From the IMG/VR virus record IMGVR_UViG_3300012117_000002, positions 1-54,002 of that record: a DNA stretch of 54,002 nucleotides; one strand, given 5' to 3'. Source of the stretch: a virus. Shown here piece by piece: positions 14,982-23,884 of this stretch. The translations under genes and the position numbers were made by a program. Under the pieces are notes generated by a model. That model saw nothing but the letters and a program-made list of their open reading frames with translations. It was not told where the DNA came from and did no database searches. How positions within the stretch are numbered: the first letter of the stretch is position 1; every line of letters begins with the position of its first letter.

Positions 14982-15038
14982 AAAGCTTGAAATACTCGTA
15001 AAAACCCCTTGACAAACCATCGATGTCGGTGGTATAAT
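14982..15038 (+). promoter_or_regulatory. second copy of the island promoter
   Basis: TTGACA (15009-15014), 18 nt, TGgTATAAT (extended -10, TATAAT at 15033-15038). The upstream box aaagcttgaaatactcgtaaaaaccccttgacaa is present. Confidence 0.6.
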
Positions 15039-15072
15039 AAGGTATAAGATAAAGAGAGCGGAGGGAATAAAG

Positions 15073-15546
15073 ATGGCAAAGTATACTATTAATCACACAT
15101 GCGGACACAAAAGCGAGGCTGAACTTTTCGGGAAAAACGAGTATAGAAAAAGCAGAATCGCATATCTTGAAACTACTACATGCGCAGCATGTCGCGCAGA
15201 AGAAAAAGCCCAAGAATCCGGCGGCGAGTGGGTCAAAATGTCTTACAAGGAGTATAAGGCCGAATACAGCCATTGCGAAAAAATGGACTATGATCCAAAG
15301 GACAAAACAATCATGGTCTTAGTAGCTCCTAAAACAAATAAGCAACTGGCCGTAGAGGAGATGAAGGAGCTGGGCATCCCTGAAAAAGCGATTGAGCATG
15401 CATTTAATACCGGCCACGAAAAGTATAAAGAAAATTATCAAAGAGTACTGGAAAAAACAAAAGGGCAGGAACTTCCCGCGGAACAGCAAGAAGCTAAAGA
15501 AACGATCGAAGCCGTAATTAAAGTTTTTGAAAAATACGATTTATAA
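15073..15546 (+). CDS. hypothetical protein with N-terminal zinc-ribbon-like motif (HTCGH...CAAC)
   Basis: 157 aa with a GGAGGG RBS. Confidence 0.6.
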   Translation: MAKYTINHTCGHKSEAELFGKNEYRKSRIAYLETTTCAACRAEEKAQESGGEWVKMSYKEYKAEYSHCEKMDYDPKDKTIMVLVAPKTNKQLAVEEMKELGIPEKAIEHAFNTGHEKYKENYQRVLEKTKGQELPAEQQEAKETIEAVIKVFEKYDL

Positions 15547-15555
15547 GGAGGAAAC

Positions 15556-15987
15556 ATGAAAGTAAAAGGCGTATGGAATATAAAGCAAATGCCCGTGAAG
15601 TACGTGGCAGAACTGGAAAATGGAGAGTTGGCGACATTTAACATAGTCCCATTCCGGACCGTATCAGCCGACGAATTAACCCCGTTCAAAGGACATCACC
15701 CGATCTGCCAAAACAGCACCGCAATGCCGGAATATCTATATAGGTTTTATGACTTAGAATCGGCGGGAGCGGCGAAAGAGGGATATAAAAAAGTAAAAAA
15801 AATGTTATTATCTGAATGGGCGAAAAAAAACGGCATTAGTGATGTCACGGCCAGACAAAAAGCGCAAAAGGGGTTGCTGGAAACTGCCGAAAAAAGCGGT
15901 AAGTTCTGGCTGATCGATGAAGACGAACCGAATGTAGATAATCGCACAAGGAAACCCGCACCGGCGGGAGAAAGAAGGATAAAATGA
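15556..15987 (+). CDS. hypothetical protein with C-terminal excisionase-like HTH
   Basis: AAGGAGG RBS. The C-terminus is LSEWAKKNGISDVTARQKAQKGLLETAEKSGKFWLI. Confidence 0.55.
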   Translation: MKVKGVWNIKQMPVKYVAELENGELATFNIVPFRTVSADELTPFKGHHPICQNSTAMPEYLYRFYDLESAGAAKEGYKKVKKMLLSEWAKKNGISDVTARQKAQKGLLETAEKSGKFWLIDEDEPNVDNRTRKPAPAGERRIK

Positions 15988-16232
15988 AAAAATATGAAAT
16001 ATTATATATTTCTGGAGCAACCGGATTTGGGTGGGAGCATGCCTGTGATAGCATAAATGAAGTTGAATCTATGATAGAAGAAATAAAGAATATACATACT
16101 GCAATGGTAACTGTTTATGATAATATTTTAAATGATTTTATTTTTTATAAACACGCTTTATCTAAACCCGATATCGATTTTCTTCATGATTACAATAGGG
16201 ATTTGCGAACAACAACACGTAAAAGAAAATAA
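15984..16232 (+). CDS. hypothetical protein (visibly AT-rich gene)
   Basis: 82 aa. ATGA overlap with the upstream gene. Confidence 0.55.
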   Translation: MKKYEILYISGATGFGWEHACDSINEVESMIEEIKNIHTAMVTVYDNILNDFIFYKHALSKPDIDFLHDYNRDLRTTTRKRK

Positions 16233-16271
16233 TCGTTCTCTGGATGGTATCCGGGGAGAAGGGTAATAAAG

Positions 16272-16463
16272 ATGAAAGACAATTCATGTCAGCAGTACTA
16301 TTTTCAAAATAGCGACAAAGCTGAAAACAATGAAATTCCCCGCGAAGAGTGGGAAAAATGGTATGCAGAGCACTGTGCTAAATGCCCTTACATGAATCAT
16401 GCGTACAACACGTGTGTGTATAGTCACGCAATGAACATTGGTGACTTATTCGCTGGAAGATAG
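16272..16463 (+). CDS. hypothetical small Cys/His-containing protein
   Basis: 63 aa with RBS GGGGAGAAGGG. Motif HCAKCPYMNH...C. Confidence 0.5.
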   Translation: MKDNSCQQYYFQNSDKAENNEIPREEWEKWYAEHCAKCPYMNHAYNTCVYSHAMNIGDLFAGR

Positions 16464-16506
16464 ATAAAATACTCGACTCATTGGCGAAAGAAAGGGAGGC
16501 GCGAAT

Positions 16507-16704
16507 ATGAAAAGATATGAATTTACAGATACGTATGAATTGAGTGAAGAAGCGTTTCGGGTATACAGTAATAGCGGTTTTGTTTTTTACAAATCAGGTG
16601 ACACTTTTTATGTGGCTGATAACAGTTCGGATGATCCGTGGGAACTCGGAACTTTGGAAGACGTTGAAGAATATCTGTTGGTTTTCGCTGATAATGGCGT
16701 ATAA
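16507..16704 (+). CDS. hypothetical small acidic protein
   Basis: 65 aa with a GGGAGG RBS. It is rich in D/E. Confidence 0.5.
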   Translation: MKRYEFTDTYELSEEAFRVYSNSGFVFYKSGDTFYVADNSSDDPWELGTLEDVEEYLLVFADNGV

Positions 16705-16722
16705 AATCATATAAAACCTTAG

Positions 16723-16760
16723 AAATAGCGGGATCCGGACAACTGGAACCCGCTATTTTT
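16723..16760. terminator. bidirectional hairpin terminator
   Basis: AAATAGCGGG...CCCGCTATTT followed by TTCT. It sits between convergent genes. Confidence 0.7.
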
Positions 16761-16973
16761 CTATAAAACTCTTATAATCTTCGATTTTACCTTTTTTGAC
16801 AAAATATCCGCCTTGGATTTGGATATGTTCATGGCGAAAGTGATCTCTATAATACTTTTGTTCCGGCTCCGGAGGTTGAAAAACTCCATTTCCTCCGATG
16901 TGAAATTGCATAGTGTACGGAACCGCTCAATCTCCGGCATTGTAAAATCGCATATTTTGAGTTGCTGGGCCAT
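16761..16973 (-). CDS. small sigma-70 region-4-like/LuxR-type HTH protein
   Basis: 70 aa from ATG 16973. The pattern is FTSEEMEFFNLRSRNKSIIEITFAMNISKSKADILSKKVKSKI. Confidence 0.5.
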   Translation of the reverse strand: MAQQLKICDFTMPEIERFRTLCNFTSEEMEFFNLRSRNKSIIEITFAMNISKSKADILSKKVKSKIIRVL

Positions 16974-16986
16974 CAAATTGCTCCAA

Positions 16987-17014
16987 TCAAAAAGGATGCC
17001 TTGAGCGACATCCT
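16987..17014 (-). terminator. terminator after the lysis cassette
   Basis: The minus strand has AGGATG-tcgctcaagg-CATCCT followed by TTTTTG. Confidence 0.6.
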
Positions 17015-17059
17015 CGATTTTATTTCTTTTTCGTTTTTCTAACCGCCGTGCCTTTTTTG

Positions 17060-17356
17060 TTACCGCTCTTTTTGAGTCTCGTTTTGACTTTTTGTCCCAT
17101 TGTTATTCTGCACCGATCCTCCATTGTTGACATTTACGTTGTTGTAACCGTTTCCATCCTGCGAGTAGCCTATATAGTCGTATTGCGAAATGTACCAGAC
17201 AAAGCCACCGATAGTAGCGGCCCATAGCGATAATATTATAATCAAAATTATCCACAGTCGCTTAATTGTCGACTTCAATTCCTGCAATATCTCCGTGGCG
17301 AAATTAAGATGTTCCACTCTTTCCTCCACGTCCACAATTCTTTCGTTAATATCCAC
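17060..17356 (-). CDS. XhlA-like membrane protein (coiled coil followed by a TM helix)
   Basis: The N-terminal coil ERIVDVEERVEHLN is followed by LWIILIIILSLWAATIGGFVWYI. It sits downstream of the endolysin. Confidence 0.5.
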   Translation of the reverse strand: MDINERIVDVEERVEHLNFATEILQELKSTIKRLWIILIIILSLWAATIGGFVWYISQYDYIGYSQDGNGYNNVNVNNGGSVQNNNGTKSQNETQKER

Positions 17357-17368
17357 AATCCCTCCTTG

Positions 17369-17650
17369 TTAACCAGAGCGTTTAGGCACGGTCTGATTGT
17401 GTTCTTTTCTTAAGTGTTCGTCCAGGCGGTCATGCACGCGCCTGATGGAATCTTTTGTGTCCCTGGAATTCTGCCCGACCAGATTCTTGATCTCGTCCAA
17501 ATCCTTGCGCACATATTCCATTTCCTTGTTGAACGCTCCCCAGCGTTCATTTTCTCTCGCACTGTCTGTATTACCGCTTCGCCAAAAGGAAGCAGCAGCA
17601 AGACAGCAGCAAACAATAGTGCACATTAGCTGTATTGTATTCGTGTCCAT
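17369..17650 (-). CDS. BhlA/UviB-like membrane protein (N-terminal TM helix plus coiled coil)
   Basis: TM helix LMCTIVCCCLAAASFW followed by a charged helical region. It is adjacent to the endolysin. Confidence 0.45.
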   Translation of the reverse strand: MDTNTIQLMCTIVCCCLAAASFWRSGNTDSARENERWGAFNKEMEYVRKDLDEIKNLVGQNSRDTKDSIRRVHDRLDEHLRKEHNQTVPKRSG

Positions 17651-17709
17651 TTAATCACCACCGTCATATTATTTTATCTGATATGTCCAAACCTATCGAA
17701 TCCGAGAGG

Positions 17710-19122
17710 TTATCCAATGCCCGGGTATTGCAATGCGCCGTCTTTGTCGGGTGTCAGCGTGACCGGCTCCGTTGCCATTTCGCCATTTTCGTTCAAATAG
17801 TACCACTTTTCGCCGACGTCCTGCAAGCCTTTCAACATGGCCCCGTCTGCACCAAGATAATACCAGTGGCCGTTATGCATATACCAGACATTGGCAACCA
17901 TCATTCCGGCACCATCAAACCAATACCATTTGCCATCGTTGGGATCTTTTAGCCACTTGTTAATTACGCAATCGCCCGTGTCGCCGTTATAGTAGCGCCA
18001 GCCACCATCCTCTTCGTACCAGCCGGACTTCTTTTCCGATGCGTGATTTCCCGTATCGTCAACGCCGTAGTGCATTGCTATCGCGGACGCTTCTGCTTGT
18101 GCCAGCCGGTCAAGATTGTTATCATCAAGCAACCAGGCCGTTATGGCTGCGTTGGTATGAAACGAATGTTCCAGGATTAACCCCGGTGTTCCCACCGCTG
18201 TGGCTCCGCGGATTACGCCGTAATAATCGCCGTTATTGCCGCTTCTATTTTCGATTCTGGCGGCCTGTTTGGTTCCCATGCAATTTTCTACCACCTGTGC
18301 CAGCAAAAGCCCTACAGCGTCCGCTGAATGATTTACAGCGCAATAAGCAGCAGGGTAATCAACACTGTTATTGACCGTACTTGCTACCGCATTGGAATGA
18401 TTGGATATGAATAGATCGCATCCTTTCGAAGCTATGCCGCGGTCATACGTTGCCTTGTCGGTCGCCTGATTGGCGCGCGTGGTAATGACTTCGAATCCAT
18501 GTTGCTGTAAGTACTTTTTTTGCAGCTCTGTCAGTTTCCACACCATGTCTGATTCATAATACCGGCTGTCTGCCGGTGACTGATTATATTTTCCGAAATG
18601 CCCTGCATCAAGACATATTTTCATCGTTTTCCCTCCATCATATTTGGCCAGATCGTTGCTCTCAATGACTGCACATAGCTTGTCTACATAGGCCGTGTCA
18701 GTCGCATATCCACCGGCCTTAATGATCTGCGCTGCCATTCGGTAATCCGTGCAGCCAGAAAGACCAGCATAGCGCAAGTTGTTCCCGCTCATGGCTCCTG
18801 TCAAGTAATCACTGTGATCCTTGATGGACTGCGCAAGCGATTGATATTCGCGAAAAGCTGCCGTGATTGTGTATACATTGCCGGCAGAATCCTGCTCCTT
18901 GGTTTCCTTGATATATGTGCTGCCATCCCACTCTGATAGCCACGTATTGCCGGATAGGACGGCTTTCATGCCAAACAGGTTATTTGCCCGGGCCGCCAGC
19001 TCACTGGCTCCGTAGGCCGATTCTAGGCACGCCTGCGCTATCGTGACGCTTGCAAGGATGCCGGATGTTTTCATGTCGGCTTGGGCAGCTTCGGCAATTA
19101 ATCCTATAAATATCTGTGACAT
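17710..19122 (-). CDS. modular endolysin: N-acetylglucosaminidase plus N-acetylmuramoyl-L-alanine amidase (Amidase_3) plus cell-wall-binding repeats
   Basis: Glucosaminidase motif TIAQACLESAYGASELAARANNLFGMKA. Amidase motif MKICLDAGHFG...DLFISNHSNA. The C-terminus carries GW.YY/WYYL repeats. Confidence 0.93.
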   Translation of the reverse strand: MSQIFIGLIAEAAQADMKTSGILASVTIAQACLESAYGASELAARANNLFGMKAVLSGNTWLSEWDGSTYIKETKEQDSAGNVYTITAAFREYQSLAQSIKDHSDYLTGAMSGNNLRYAGLSGCTDYRMAAQIIKAGGYATDTAYVDKLCAVIESNDLAKYDGGKTMKICLDAGHFGKYNQSPADSRYYESDMVWKLTELQKKYLQQHGFEVITTRANQATDKATYDRGIASKGCDLFISNHSNAVASTVNNSVDYPAAYCAVNHSADAVGLLLAQVVENCMGTKQAARIENRSGNNGDYYGVIRGATAVGTPGLILEHSFHTNAAITAWLLDDNNLDRLAQAEASAIAMHYGVDDTGNHASEKKSGWYEEDGGWRYYNGDTGDCVINKWLKDPNDGKWYWFDGAGMMVANVWYMHNGHWYYLGADGAMLKGLQDVGEKWYYLNENGEMATEPVTLTPDKDGALQYPGIG

Positions 19123-19183
19123 AATCCTCCGATCAAAAAGGGCCGGAACGTTCCCGACCCAATCAGCAGTTGCGATATCGCAA

Positions 19184-19378
19184 TTATTCCGTCACTTCCG
19201 GCATGCCAGTGATTACCGATGTCATCACGGAAGCCACCGCCGCTACTGCCGAAATAGACAGCATCCCAAGCCAATCAACATCGGACACCGCCTGTCCGAC
19301 TGTAATCATTGTCAAGCCGGTCTGGCAAAAGGTTTTCAATGCTCTCACGCCCGCTGCTTTTACCCATTCTTTACTCAT
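19184..19378 (-). CDS. holin (r1t-type)
   Basis: 64 aa. AAGVRALKTFCQTGL...WLGMLSISAVAAVASVMTSVITG gives two hydrophobic helices. It lies immediately upstream of the endolysin. Confidence 0.8.
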   Translation of the reverse strand: MSKEWVKAAGVRALKTFCQTGLTMITVGQAVSDVDWLGMLSISAVAAVASVMTSVITGMPEVTE

Positions 19379-19436
19379 TCTTAATTCCTCGCTTTCGTTT
19401 TGTAAATAAACTAACCACCCGCAGGTGGATTGTTGC

Positions 19437-19853
19437 TCATATCAATTTGTAATGCGGCCGCTCCTGCCCGAAAAACCAATACCGAAGCCAATCATCAAGC
19501 ACGATTCCGATCAGTGATACCGGCATCCACAGTATCATGTATTGCGGACACACTTGACCGAGAATATTCCCCCACATACCGCTGTAATCCCATATCGCCC
19601 ACCCTAAGCACAAATTAACAACGCAGCCGGTAAAAAACTCTAAAACCGTTACGATGCATGTTCCAACCAATACCTGCCGCCAGAGTGGCATTTCCCACGG
19701 TATAATCTCGTTGATTAACCCCAGACAGACAAAACAGATACCACCCAAAACAAACATAGTCCAGTGGCTGTATCCACGCCAGAGCAATTCAATTACGACA
19801 TATAGACCGCCGCCAGTAAGAAGCAGGGCCAAGCATTTGATTAATTGCTTCAT
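19437..19853 (-). CDS. polytopic membrane protein resembling the 'putative ABC-transporter type IV' (PF06541-like) family
   Basis: 138 aa with four hydrophobic helices. Motifs ELLWRG and GGICFV. ATGA overlap with the upstream fibre-module gene. Confidence 0.5.
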   Translation of the reverse strand: MKQLIKCLALLLTGGGLYVVIELLWRGYSHWTMFVLGGICFVCLGLINEIIPWEMPLWRQVLVGTCIVTVLEFFTGCVVNLCLGWAIWDYSGMWGNILGQVCPQYMILWMPVSLIGIVLDDWLRYWFFGQERPHYKLI

Positions 19854-20560
19854 GCGTTCCCTCCAGATACCGCCGCAATAATGGCAGCCATGTTATCTGC
19901 CAAATCGGCCGGCAAAGCTGCGCCGTAATTGATCATATCAAGTTCCGCAAATGATTCGGCGCGACGAATCCACGCGTTGAGGTGATTACAGTACGTTGTG
20001 TGATATAGCTTGTGTTCCGTCGCAGCCGTGCCGATACTTATGATATCTGCCGCTTGGTACAATTTGCACAGCGTACCATCTGCGTGATAAGGATATGCAG
20101 GCGCACCAGCTTGCACCGCTGCCACTGCTGCGGATAGATTGATTTGATCTGTTTCGGTCAGGCTGTAGTGCTCTGTATCGCCGTCAGACAGTTGCACGTC
20201 AAAACCGGCTGCAATAGCTGTTGAGCAAGCCGCTGCTATCTCTTGGAGCTTGGATAGCTGCCGTTCTGGCAGGGTTGGCGTGTATGGCTCTGGCGGTTCC
20301 TGTGGCATGCCGGTAGATCCTTGATACGTGCTGCCATCGTTGCTAAGATATATCGTTTGCCCATCGTTTCGGTATATGGTGTCGTATCCGACTATGATGG
20401 TTGCCTCTTCGCCGCCAGATGTGTATAATGTGATTTTTCCCCATTCTGCCGGAATCTCATCGGCAAAGATAATCTGCATAATATTTGGTGTTTGCGGATG
20501 AATGCTCTCGATTTTGTATAATTTTTCGTTGTATCCAATTTTAATCGCTTCCATTTTCAC
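19850..20560 (-). CDS. tail-fibre-associated protein (DUF4376-like C-terminal domain)
   Basis: 236 aa downstream of the fibre gene. The C-terminus has the HYSLTETDQINL...A pattern. Confidence 0.5.
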   Translation of the reverse strand: MKMEAIKIGYNEKLYKIESIHPQTPNIMQIIFADEIPAEWGKITLYTSGGEEATIIVGYDTIYRNDGQTIYLSNDGSTYQGSTGMPQEPPEPYTPTLPERQLSKLQEIAAACSTAIAAGFDVQLSDGDTEHYSLTETDQINLSAAVAAVQAGAPAYPYHADGTLCKLYQAADIISIGTAATEHKLYHTTYCNHLNAWIRRAESFAELDMINYGAALPADLADNMAAIIAAVSGGNA

Positions 20561-20625
20561 GCTCCTTTTCTTTGATTTTCGTGGTAAGATTTGTTACACA
20601 AACTATTTTTTATTCAATCTAGTAA

Positions 20626-21546
20626 TTAATCTGCTGAGAAACCTATGCTTTGAACGCTCTGTCTCGGGTAAAAAAGCTTTATGTTCCCGCCGATAACCCC
20701 GGTGGATAAAGCCAGTTTTATTCTTACCGTTCCATCTCCATTGTTGATGGCGCTGATTCCTTGCAGTATGCCGCTTGAAGATATTATGGGAGTATAGTTA
20801 AAACCTACTTGGCCAATTGAGCTTGTTGCCATCAGTGATGGCACTGCCGTGACAATATAAACATCAGTATAAAATTGTATTTGAAAACCAATCAGATCAA
20901 GACTGCCGTGGTTTATAATAACATTCATGTTTCTGGCACTCGTAACGGAATTGCTAAACCATGTTCCCATGCTATTTAAAAGTGATGAATATGCATTGTA
21001 TACCGCCGCACTGCTAGCTGTCATTCCTGCACTTGCAGCTCCGCCGGAACTGGTATAACTATCAGATATCTTGACATGTCCATAATTACTGGCGTTCCCG
21101 ATACCGTAGGTTGTTGCACTGCTAGCATGTCCGACGGGTGCTTTACCGCTCAATCCCGCTGTTAAATCGCTGTTTGTTTGCGTGATTTGATCTTGTAACA
21201 CCTTAGCCACCGCTGCCGACACCGGTAACTGCGAGTTATTGGTGACAGCATTATTGACCAGCATGCCCACTGTGAGGATGCCGGTTTTGAAGCTGTTAAA
21301 ATCTTGAATAAATTTTCGAATTTTGCCGGCGAACGTTTTTGTTGCTTCGCCCGCTGCTGGCACAGGAAACTCTCCGGTGACTGCGTCGAATGTCGTTATT
21401 TGCGTACTGGAAATGTCGCCATCTCTTAGTACTCTCTTTTTTAATTCTGCGTCGATAATATCGGCGTTGTCGTTGAAATCACCGATGTCGTAAACGTCCT
21501 CCGGGCTTGGTTTGATCAAATTATAATTTTCCGTAAAGCTCGCCAT
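20626..21546 (-). CDS. tail fibre protein
   Basis: The N-terminus FTENYNLIKPSPEDVYDIGDFNDNADIIDAEL is typical of phage fibre N-termini. The remainder is S/A/G-rich. It follows the baseplate genes. Confidence 0.7.
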   Translation of the reverse strand: MASFTENYNLIKPSPEDVYDIGDFNDNADIIDAELKKRVLRDGDISSTQITTFDAVTGEFPVPAAGEATKTFAGKIRKFIQDFNSFKTGILTVGMLVNNAVTNNSQLPVSAAVAKVLQDQITQTNSDLTAGLSGKAPVGHASSATTYGIGNASNYGHVKISDSYTSSGGAASAGMTASSAAVYNAYSSLLNSMGTWFSNSVTSARNMNVIINHGSLDLIGFQIQFYTDVYIVTAVPSLMATSSIGQVGFNYTPIISSSGILQGISAINNGDGTVRIKLALSTGVIGGNIKLFYPRQSVQSIGFSAD

Positions 21547-22082
21547 TATCCTAAGTCCTCCTCCCTGATTTTAAGATGCGTGAATTGTCCTAAAAACCTA
21601 TGTGTGTAATCGCTTAGCGCTTGGTGCTGATTGTATCTGATAACGAGTGTATACACCAGATTTGCTGGAATAATCTTATCAATCGTTATTTTCACTTCGT
21701 TTACCCAGTTTTTCCCATGCCGCAAACTGGCGATATTTAATGTATGCGCGCGATAATTCAATTCATAAGACCAGCCACCGGAACCCATAATATTATTCAT
21801 GATATCCCGCAATGCTGTTTCCGTATATGGGATATCACTAATCAGCCTGTTCAGTATTCGGCCACGCCTAAAATCCAGCGTTTCGGTCAATGGATCGGAA
21901 ATTATGCTTAGGGCATTTTCCCACTGCAAGACACCCCGTTCTGTGGCTATTATCGGAAATGCATCACGGAATGAATTTTCCGCAGATTCCGACAATGCGT
22001 CCAATTCTGGCTGAATCGCATTAATGATTTCCTGCACATCAATATTGTCGTCATAGATGCGATTATAAAAATCTCTTAACAT
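21546..22082 (-). CDS. baseplate/tail protein (XkdU/DUF2313-like)
   Basis: Position after the baseplate J gene, 178 aa, start/stop couplings. Confidence 0.6.
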   Translation of the reverse strand: MLRDFYNRIYDDNIDVQEIINAIQPELDALSESAENSFRDAFPIIATERGVLQWENALSIISDPLTETLDFRRGRILNRLISDIPYTETALRDIMNNIMGSGGWSYELNYRAHTLNIASLRHGKNWVNEVKITIDKIIPANLVYTLVIRYNQHQALSDYTHRFLGQFTHLKIREEDLG

Positions 22083-23176
22083 TAATTGATCACCACGCTT
22101 TCGAGAATCGGCAGGTGTTGGGACAAGGGCGATTGCTGAATATATAAATCTGTCGGTGAACCGTTAATTAATACATTTGTGACATTATTGATTCCCGGCA
22201 GACTGATTATTGCAGATGTTATGCGCGCGACAAATATTGATAAGCCATCTGAATCAGACCATTGCTTTCGCACTTCCAGTATGTATTCAAGCAAGGCATC
22301 TTCGATCAATGATTGTAACTGGCCAATCGTGTAGCCGGTTTGCAGATTCACGGAAGCAGTTATATTGACACTTAACTTGTCGGGCGTTACAACCGTCACC
22401 CGATGTCCAATCGGGGCTATTCCAAGCCCTTCTCCGCTGTTGGGAATGGGATCTATTGCGGTCTGCACAACGCTGATAAACTCGCTTGTGGCCGGGTTAT
22501 ATTCTGCGTCAATAATAGATACCATCACCGTGCCGCCGCCATCCCAGACCGGAAATATTTTGGCCGCACCGACGCCCGGGATAGCTGTTGTGAACTGCTT
22601 GTAATCAGAAACGTTGCCACCGAATGCGCGATTGTTAATTCTTTCAATTATGCGCTTTCTCAATTCCTCGTCAGTTTCCGCGTCTTCTCCCGGCGTGTAT
22701 GTTCCGGTGATGGCAGCGGAACCCAAGTTGTTGATGGTGAACAACGGCAAAACGGGACCGAGATATGTATTTCCGACAGTGCCGGCAGTTTCGCATTCCA
22801 AAAGACAGCGGCCGGTGACTTCGAACCTCTCGATTAATACGAAAATCTGCCCGCCAGACAGCGCAGGGACGGAAAAGCGGCTTCCTATGGTCAGATCAAT
22901 GGGATTTCCATCCGTATCAGCCATTTCGCCGATCCTAATCGCTCTGGTTGCCTGATTTCTTGTGATGCCATGGTTGGCGGCCAGGTTCTCCAAGTTGATG
23001 CCGACGGCTGACAATATTGACACCTGCTCTTGAAAAATGGTGGCCACAATACTTTGCTGTGCTAATTCCGCAGCCACTGGCGCAAGGGTATCGTATATGA
23101 TTGATCCCTGCCTTTTGTCTCGGGCCGTGGATACTCTCGCAAGCATCCGTGTCAATGTTTCGTCAAATGATGCCAT
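22082..23176 (-). CDS. baseplate J-like protein (XkdT-like)
   Basis: 364 aa at the syntenic position in a PBSX-like module. Confidence 0.8.
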   Translation of the reverse strand: MASFDETLTRMLARVSTARDKRQGSIIYDTLAPVAAELAQQSIVATIFQEQVSILSAVGINLENLAANHGITRNQATRAIRIGEMADTDGNPIDLTIGSRFSVPALSGGQIFVLIERFEVTGRCLLECETAGTVGNTYLGPVLPLFTINNLGSAAITGTYTPGEDAETDEELRKRIIERINNRAFGGNVSDYKQFTTAIPGVGAAKIFPVWDGGGTVMVSIIDAEYNPATSEFISVVQTAIDPIPNSGEGLGIAPIGHRVTVVTPDKLSVNITASVNLQTGYTIGQLQSLIEDALLEYILEVRKQWSDSDGLSIFVARITSAIISLPGINNVTNVLINGSPTDLYIQQSPLSQHLPILESVVIN

Positions 23177-23567
23177 TTACTGTCACCTCGCTTCCGAATG
23201 TGCCTCTATCGCTTGTTACCTCAAATTCAATCAGCGCGCCGTTTCTTGATACCCGGCTTATATTTGTGACCGAAACCGCTGTAATCCGATCATCTTGCAA
23301 AAGCGCGTCTCTTAGTGTTTTCTGTATTGTGTCGCGTAAAAACGAAAACGGTCTGCCGATATATTTTTTAAACTCAACCCCGCGATTATCGCTGTAAATC
23401 GGATATGCATAACGCTCCGTTGATAGAATATGATATACCGCCTGTTGTATCGCTTCGATTCCGTCCACATTGCCGGAAATTTGATTATCAGTGACGCGGT
23501 ACGTGAATGTCGGGTATTGAACTACGTTGATTTGATCTATTGTAACTCCACTCACCTGCGGTATCAT
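23163..23567 (-). CDS. baseplate protein (XkdS/DUF2634-like)
   Basis: 134 aa; call based on synteny. Confidence 0.6.
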   Translation of the reverse strand: MIPQVSGVTIDQINVVQYPTFTYRVTDNQISGNVDGIEAIQQAVYHILSTERYAYPIYSDNRGVEFKKYIGRPFSFLRDTIQKTLRDALLQDDRITAVSVTNISRVSRNGALIEFEVTSDRGTFGSEVTVNGII

Positions 23568-23884
23568 TTCAATGCACTCCTTTCGACAAAATAACGCTGG
23601 CCAGCATTAAATGACATCAAAGTCACTTTTTCCCCGACCGCAAGATCGCCCCACAGCCGAACGGTTTCTCCGGCGACTGTGATTGTTTTCGCCTTGCAAA
23701 GTGGAGATAGGACAAGCGCACCCGCCGGTAGTGGCAATTCTCGGCTTTCGGATGCCATGATCATGATTCGTAGCGGTGATACACCGGCAACGGTTCCGTC
23801 GAATATCTCCGACCGTATCACGCTCGCGCTGTCATTGCCAATCCTTGTTACCACTCCGGCCAACCTGTTAGCTGATATTCCCAT
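23564..23884 (-). CDS. baseplate protein (XkdR/DUF2577-like)
   Basis: 106 aa; call based on synteny. Confidence 0.55.
   Translation of the reverse strand: MGISANRLAGVVTRIGNDSASVIRSEIFDGTVAGVSPLRIMIMASESRELPLPAGALVLSPLCKAKTITVAGETVRLWGDLAVGEKVTLMSFNAGQRYFVERSALK

Noticed and set aside
20626-21546. Diversity-generating retroelement targeting the tail fibre, prompted partly by the A-poor tract elsewhere in the genome.
   Set aside because: No reverse transcriptase ORF is present anywhere in the 54 kb, and I saw no template/variable repeat pair matching the fibre C-terminus.
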